This document shows, in pieces, positions 59,401-64,000 of a DNA stretch of 64,000 bases (position 1 is the stretch's first letter; each line of letters begins with the position of its first letter). Location of the stretch: the NCBI GenBank assembly GCA_964371045.1, contig CAYJMN010000003.1:1459-65458 (forward strand), given 5' to 3'. A program made the translations under genes and the position numbers. The stretch comes from an uncultured Chromatiales bacterium (GTDB lineage: Bacteria; Bacteroidota; Ignavibacteria; SZUA-365). The notes under the pieces are model-generated. The model was not told where the DNA came from. It saw nothing but the letters and a program-made list of their open reading frames with translations, and made no database searches.

Positions 59401-62349
59401 CACCCGGCCTTGCATGCCGCTCTGCTCGCCGGTGCAAAGTGAAAGATTGTCCCCCGCATCGACCACCGGAGGAGGATGCACGGTCAATCGCACCGTATCC
59501 ATGGCGGTACAGCCATTCGCATCCGTGACGGTGACGGTTAGCGCACCGCTGCTCCTTGGCGTAAAACGAGGCTCGGACGCGGATGCGTCACTCATGCCGG
59601 GTGCAGGCGACCACGAATATCGGAACGGCGCCTTCCCTCCCATAACCGCGGCCCTCAGCGACATCGGTGTATTCGCGCAGGCGATGCGATCTTCGCCCGC
59701 ACTGATGGAGAGCGCGGGGTGCACCGTGACCACCACGGCATCGCTGTGCGAGCAGCCTTTCGCATCGGTGACCGTGAGCGTGTACCGAGTCGTTATACGC
59801 GGGGCGGCGACAGGAGCGGGGATCGCCGCGCTGCTCAGACCGTCGGCGGGCGACCAGTTGAAATTGTACGGCGGCGTGCCCGCGTTCGCTTTACCTTTTA
59901 ATTGAACCGAACTTCCGGGGCAGATGGCGACAGGCTCGCCGGCATCGGCCACAGGCGGCGCGACCACGCTGACGAGAACGGTGTCGCGCGAAATCGCCCC
60001 TTCCGCATCGGTCACCGTCATGACGTACCATGTCGTACGCGTCGGTGATGCGAGCGGGCGCTGAGCGTCCGGTGGCTTTAAACCCTCGACTGGACTCCAG
60101 GAATACAAGTACGGCGGCTGCCCGCCTCCGGCATCTCCACCCAGACTCACCGAGGTGCCCAGACAAATCGTCGTGTCCGGCCCGGCGTTCGCGAGTGGTT
60201 CGTTGAAAACGATGCGTAGCATGAAAGCGTCCGTCAGGCCGGCCAGATCGCCTTGAAAGGTGTTCCCCGCCGTACGGAATCCCCTGCTTTCGGTGCCCCC
60301 GACAACTGCGGCGTTTCCCTTGGAATCCACCGAAAGCCCATGGCTGATATCATGTCCTTCACCGCCGAAGAAACTTCCCCAGAGGAGGGCGCCTGTTTTT
60401 GCAAACTGGATTATGAAAGCATCGTATCCCTTCCCTTTTTCCCTCTGGAAGGGCGTTCCGGCGAGCGGAAAATCCGTGCTCGCGGTGAATCCGGAAACGA
60501 CGATATTGCCCTGTGGATCGATGTCAAGTCCACCGGCCTTGTCCACTTCGTTCCCTCCAAGATACGTGGACCACTGCAGATCCCCTTTTGCACCGAATAC
60601 TGTTACGAACGCATCGATAAGTCCCCCGTGTTTGTTGCGCACGGATGCTCCCTTCACAGGGAAACGCACGCTTGCCGTGTATCCGGCGACAGCGATATTC
60701 CCGGTGACATCGATAGCGACGCGTTCGGCGCTGTCCTCGAGTTCTCCGCCCAGATAGGTCGCCCAGGCGATCTTGCGCGAACGGCCGTCGATACGCAGCA
60801 GTGCGGCATCGAAACTTCCGCCTCCGTAACTCTGCTGCATCCCGGTCGATACGGCAGGCAGATTGGTGCTCTCCGTCCTCACCGCGATCACCGCATCTCC
60901 GTTGGGTGCGACCGCGATGTCCGTGGCGAAATCCATGCTCCATCCGCCGATGTACGTCGCCCATGCCCGCGAGCCGTTCGCGTCAAAAATGGCGACAAAC
61001 ATGTCGTAATCTCCGGCGTTACTCGTCTGAAACGCATCCGGAGTGACCGGGAAATTCGTGCTGTACGTCCCACCGGCGATGTGGACCCTGCCGTTCGCGT
61101 CGATATCCAGTCCGCCGCACTCGTCGGAAAAGCTTCCGCCGAGGTACGTGCACCAGCGTCGTTGCCCCGCGGCGTCCAGCGACAGGAGAAACACATCGTA
61201 GCGTCCTCCGTTCCGGCTCTGAACAGCGCCCGGACTGACCGGTATATCGATGCTCGATGTGGAGCCGGCAACGACGACGTCCCCTCGGGCCGAGAGAGCG
61301 ATTTGCGGATTTTCCTCGGAGCCGGAGCCGCCGAACAGCGTCGTCCAGACACGCTTGCGTTCGCGAGAAAATTTCGCGATGAACAGATCGAAGTTTCCCT
61401 TCGCGGACGTCTGCATCGCGCCTGGGGTGACGGGGAATACGAGACTCGCGGTGTAGCCGCATACCAGCATGGATCCCTCGGCGTCGACAGCGACATCGCG
61501 GGCATAATCCGACAGATCACCGCCGAGAAACGTACTCCACTGCAGAAACGGATCAATGACGAGCACCGCATGCTCGGGCGTCGCTCCCACTGCGAATCCA
61601 AGCGTCCGCCCTTCAAGGCGCCAGTTTGCCTTGACGTGCAAGGGATGATCACCCGCTGTAAACGCAACCGGAGCCGCGTCCGTCAGTGTCCAGCCGTCGC
61701 AGTCATACCGCAGGCTGCCGTCGCGCGCGACCGAGGCGGCACCTGCGCCTTCGACGGAGAGCCTGATCCTGCGCGCGTCGGCGCCGGGATGAACGATGAA
61801 TTGATACTTGAGCCCACGCTCGTTGATGAAGCACTCGGCATCGATCCCTGGATAGATGTTTCTGTAGCGAACACCACCGAACGCCTCTCCCGAAGCCGAT
61901 TCGGCGTCGGGTGTATAGACCCACCGTCGCTCATCGCACGGATTCAACATCTCAATATCCGGGATGGCGCAATCGATGAAACGGAGATCGATTCTGTGCA
62001 GTGCGATTCGATCGTCTCCACCGCCATGCGGCGATTCGCTCCCGGCAAGCCGCTGCCCCGGAACGAGGGCGGAGTGAACGATGCTCAGTCCTTGCGAGGT
62101 AAAAAACACCCGAGCGCCACGCTGCCGGGTGGTCACGGCGAAAGGACGCTGGTCCATAGCCGTCCCCACATCGGGATCTCGCAGGAGGAACATGACGGGA
62201 GTTTCGGCGGCGGTATTTCCAAGCAGCCACGGACGAACACGAACATCATCGGGCTCGGAGCGGGCTATGAATATGAGTGCAAGAAACAAAATCGAAGCGA
62301 GGATGCCTGCGCGTGTACCAACTCGGTTCATCGTCATTGCCGATTCCAT
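56467..62349 (-). CDS. giant cell-surface protein: N-terminal SBBP repeats + about 13 SprB/PKD-like repeats + Ig-like domains
   Basis: ATG at 62349 (tool GTG at 62397). Signal peptide. SBBP-type YTASLVFPVTPGAMQ...DLFIAKFS. Repeats ICxGxSxQL...GGTPPYxYSWSPxxGL. The last roughly 60 aa are an atypical Arg-rich tail. Confidence 0.85.
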   Translation of the reverse strand: MESAMTMNRVGTRAGILASILFLALIFIARSEPDDVRVRPWLLGNTAAETPVMFLLRDPDVGTAMDQRPFAVTTRQRGARVFFTSQGLSIVHSALVPGQRLAGSESPHGGGDDRIALHRIDLRFIDCAIPDIEMLNPCDERRWVYTPDAESASGEAFGGVRYRNIYPGIDAECFINERGLKYQFIVHPGADARRIRLSVEGAGAASVARDGSLRYDCDGWTLTDAAPVAFTAGDHPLHVKANWRLEGRTLGFAVGATPEHAVLVIDPFLQWSTFLGGDLSDYARDVAVDAEGSMLVCGYTASLVFPVTPGAMQTSAKGNFDLFIAKFSRERKRVWTTLFGGSGSEENPQIALSARGDVVVAGSTSSIDIPVSPGAVQSRNGGRYDVFLLSLDAAGQRRWCTYLGGSFSDECGGLDIDANGRVHIAGGTYSTNFPVTPDAFQTSNAGDYDMFVAIFDANGSRAWATYIGGWSMDFATDIAVAPNGDAVIAVRTESTNLPAVSTGMQQSYGGGSFDAALLRIDGRSRKIAWATYLGGELEDSAERVAIDVTGNIAVAGYTASVRFPVKGASVRNKHGGLIDAFVTVFGAKGDLQWSTYLGGNEVDKAGGLDIDPQGNIVVSGFTASTDFPLAGTPFQREKGKGYDAFIIQFAKTGALLWGSFFGGEGHDISHGLSVDSKGNAAVVGGTESRGFRTAGNTFQGDLAGLTDAFMLRIVFNEPLANAGPDTTICLGTSVSLGGDAGGGQPPYLYSWSPVEGLKPPDAQRPLASPTRTTWYVMTVTDAEGAISRDTVLVSVVAPPVADAGEPVAICPGSSVQLKGKANAGTPPYNFNWSPADGLSSAAIPAPVAAPRITTRYTLTVTDAKGCSHSDAVVVTVHPALSISAGEDRIACANTPMSLRAAVMGGKAPFRYSWSPAPGMSDASASEPRFTPRSSGALTVTVTDANGCTAMDTVRLTVHPPPVVDAGDNLSLCTGEQSGMQGRVSGGRPPYIIKWNPGDGLSSTITPTPRIAPSRTALYTLTVTDANGCVAIDSVLVSVHPQPSLRVQGDVTACAGVPLRIGAEAMGGTPPFRYSWVPSTGLDNATSAIPSATPQKNTTYTVTARDANGCTATTMVRVTVQPKPVLRIADRVTLCRGSSTELSAAVRGGSPPYVYSWSPLQGLSSGTIPNPRATPAVTSTYTLTVTDAVGCVAQGSVDVAILDPPVVDAGADVSLCSGSQISLNARISGGSPPYKFTWSPATGLSSARSLNPNVSVVSTTVYTLTATDTRGCVATDVVTVFATSSPVVRAGADVTICSGNSYQIPAQATGGTPPYSWRWTPAFGLDNASIPTPTAAPTSSTQYTVMVTDARGCTASDQVTVSVAPAPGIILPREMTVCRGQGKRIELSVSGGTRPYRYEWTPREGLSDPASPTPVANPVQTITYTVTVIDAKGCRARATIVVAVTPCNKADAGSDADLCLGEQVRLGSGKSDTTNGAVFTWTPADGLRDARSPSPLASPTASTMYVLQVRNAFGCVDADTVRIKVRPVPSVQANEDVTLCPGGTAQLAAQVKGGKAPYRFAWSPAVGLSRPNAARTTAQPGALTLYTVTVTDATGCIARDSVFVAVSQPPLIAMSRKLTVCEGLPVQLGGSVSGGTPPFGFFWSPPEGLDNRNKATPVATPRRSMTYTVTVTDANGCQMTDTVQLIAQPVPVVAIVNEGGSGICEGQTLTLRATPGFTKYKWSDGTEGPSLAVREPGEYSVSAWSSVGCEGRSSAIAVSVYPVPTPVISALGPLRFCEGDSVVLDAGSGYTLYHWSTGAVSRSISVHRSGDYSVTVKGKGNCEAVAANVHVTVDTAPVATIVQRGDTLIAFQSTAYQWFRDGQEIPGARNRILVAERSGSYQVLVRNEQGCSAKSEARVIRTGALNTLPAFRTGFCSASKWRMEESGRTHRWVTCRSVAAGSRNGRNIEGIHSSGRIASMR

Positions 62350-62470
62350 GCGGTTGTGGCTGAGACATAGAAAATCCGGTGATGAATAACCACCCACCTG
62401 GCCTGTACCATGGACGTCCGGTTACTCGGAGCTGCGCGCGCCCTGCGTCGCAAGCCTTGAAATACCGGAG

Positions 62471-63547
62471 TCAGCGAAGGATCGTGAAGCGCTGCTGCGC
62501 ACCCGATCCACTCGCATCCCTGCCGCGCACAATGTACATACCGGCCGGAAGATCCGCCGCCGGTACGGTCAGCGCATGGCGACCTTCAGACGCATGTCCC
62601 GAAAAAACGTCGCGGAGATGGCGTCCGAGCATGTCGTGAAGCGTTATTTCCAACGTCGATGAGCGGTCTTGCCTCCACGAAATATTGACTTCTCCCGCAG
62701 CGTTCAGCGGATTGGGCCAGACTGCGTCGAATTCGAATCCGGAAGTCGCGGCCATGGGAGCAACAGCGTTGACGGCGCCATCGACGTTGATGCTGGCATC
62801 CACGAGTCTGGGCGTCATGCTGTCGGAATCCGTCGAGTCAACCGAAAGTGTTGCGGAGACGCCGCTTTTCGTCATGAACATGTAATTCGTGCTGGTGCTA
62901 TATCCCTCGGAAACAACTTGTCCGGCTATTTCGAGTCGTTGAGTTGTTTTTGTGACATTTTTCATGCACAAAGCCTCGTACGATCCCTGGGGAGTGATCA
63001 ATGTGCCGCTGGATATGGCTTCGATCGTCATTTCAGTTTCATTTGTGAAACCGACGATCGGTGAAATCGGGTCTCCTTTGTAGGTCCATTTCGAGCCCAG
63101 GGTCGTGGGAAACAGCATATCCGGTTTGGGCGGGACATTGGCCAGGATATAGGGCATACCCTGCACCTCCGTACCGTAGCCAAGTGAATAGAAGCCGTCG
63201 TCATTGAGTAAGTAAAAAACATACGCGACCTCCTGCCCGGTAACCATCTGAGAATGTGTCGCGTCAGGGAAGTCGGCTGCGTACGGTGTAAGCGCGGGGT
63301 CGACAAATACGTGATTGTATATCGACGATGTGTACTGGAATACCGTAAAATCCCATGTGTTGCCGCTTCCCTTGCTGCCGAGGTCGAACGTCGTACCGAC
63401 CGCGTTCGATGCGTCGAACATCGTCGTCTGGCCGTCGCGCAGACTCGGTTCGAGATCGGAACGTGAAAAGCTGAGTTGTCCGGCGGCCGGGGAGGCTATG
63501 GTCGCGGATAGCAGAAACGCGAAAATCAATCGATAATAACGCATCAT
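62471..63547 (-). CDS. secreted protein with T9SS C-terminal sorting domain
   Basis: Signal peptide MMRYYRLIFAFLLSATIASPAAGQ. C-terminal WPNPLNAAGEVNISW...AGMYIVRGRDASGSGAQQRFTILR. Confidence 0.8.
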   Translation of the reverse strand: MMRYYRLIFAFLLSATIASPAAGQLSFSRSDLEPSLRDGQTTMFDASNAVGTTFDLGSKGSGNTWDFTVFQYTSSIYNHVFVDPALTPYAADFPDATHSQMVTGQEVAYVFYLLNDDGFYSLGYGTEVQGMPYILANVPPKPDMLFPTTLGSKWTYKGDPISPIVGFTNETEMTIEAISSGTLITPQGSYEALCMKNVTKTTQRLEIAGQVVSEGYSTSTNYMFMTKSGVSATLSVDSTDSDSMTPRLVDASINVDGAVNAVAPMAATSGFEFDAVWPNPLNAAGEVNISWRQDRSSTLEITLHDMLGRHLRDVFSGHASEGRHALTVPAADLPAGMYIVRGRDASGSGAQQRFTILR

Positions 63548-63843
63548 GTATCTCCTTTTTTTGTGTGCAATGTGAGTGCGATAAGGTACGAAAAGTTCTC
63601 GCAGATTGCGAATACGACGAGCATCCAGGCTTCAGCCGAGAGTGGAACGGAGCAGCTCACAGACGGAAAGACTACGTACTTTCATAGAGAACCTGCATCC
63701 GCCCTGGCATAACGGAGAAATCCCCGCGATGATCGGGGCGCGCATCTCGCAGGATGTTGATTTTGGCCATGATCCTCCGTAACTTTATGGATTATTTTCT
63801 TTGAGCATTCCACGCCTCACCGACCGCACATCCGGATCGCCAT

Positions 63844-64000
63844 ATGCACACCAACCCCGACTTCTACAACATCGACAGCCTTTTCACGGAAGAGGAAATT
63901 CTGGTTCGCGATACGATACGCAATTTCGTCGCGAAGGAGGTACTGCCGATTATCGAACAAGCGAACCGCGAACATCGTTTCCCGCTTCACCTTGCACGAC
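63844..64000 (+). CDS. acyl-CoA dehydrogenase (glutaryl-CoA dehydrogenase-like), N-terminal fragment
   Basis: MHTNPDFYNIDSLFTEEEILVRDTIRNFVAKEVLPIIEQANREHRFPLHL is an ACAD N-terminal pattern. Runs off the window. Confidence 0.65.
   Translation, partial: MHTNPDFYNIDSLFTEEEILVRDTIRNFVAKEVLPIIEQANREHRFPLHLAR

Noticed and set aside
60253-62370. 705-aa plus-strand ORF and many 100-270-aa ORFs inside the giant genes (e.g. 41306-42124, 41464-42837, 46435-47133, 12733-13458)
   Set aside because: All are antisense or out-of-frame to genes with clear domain architecture. They are Arg-rich with low-complexity translations, so treated as shadow ORFs.

Overview
This is a 64-kb window of high-GC (about 60%) bacterial DNA with lower-GC inserts. 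Many proteins end in Por/T9SS C-terminal sorting domains, there are SBBP and SprB-like repeat giants, and an OmpA partner; together these point to an FCB-group bacterium (Bacteroidota / Ignavibacteria / Chlorobi / Rhodothermaeota-like). That placement is an inference from protein motifs only.

Layout:
- 1-16.9 kb is a dense toxin-antitoxin (TA) island. It holds two BrnT/BrnA-type modules (one toxin decayed), a frameshifted higB with intact higA, an orphan BrnA, DUF4160/DUF2442, a RelE-ParE killer + HTH antidote + translationally coupled P-loop kinase, YefM/YoeB, GNAT-TacT/DUF1778-TacA, and a mobile-mystery-protein A. Several short dispersed repeat families sit between these genes.
- 17.3-24.3 kb is a mosaic mobile region abutting the 3' end of glnA. 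It contains a 33%-GC T9SS cargo gene bracketed by 63-bp direct repeats, a transposase-like fragment, and a low-GC replicon-like gene with six in-gene iteron-like repeats next to an AT-rich tract. A BNR/Ycf48-like T9SS cargo gene follows, bracketed by 131-bp direct repeats, one of which supplies the last codons of glnA.
- 24.3-28.1 kb holds the core genes glnA, lipA and secG. A large heptamer inverted-repeat array lies between lipA and secG.
- 28.7-63.5 kb is a T9SS cargo cluster. It includes three tandem paralogous giants of about 1600 aa (SBBP-repeat, T9SS CTD) with near-identical 3' and 5' thirds and divergent centres. It also includes a 1960-aa SprB-like repeat giant followed by a beta-barrel/poly-Pro/OmpA protein, and a Tat-signal DUF362 protein carrying a T9SS CTD.

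No rRNA, tRNA or CRISPR array was found. Many long antisense ORFs in the high-GC genes are treated as shadow ORFs.
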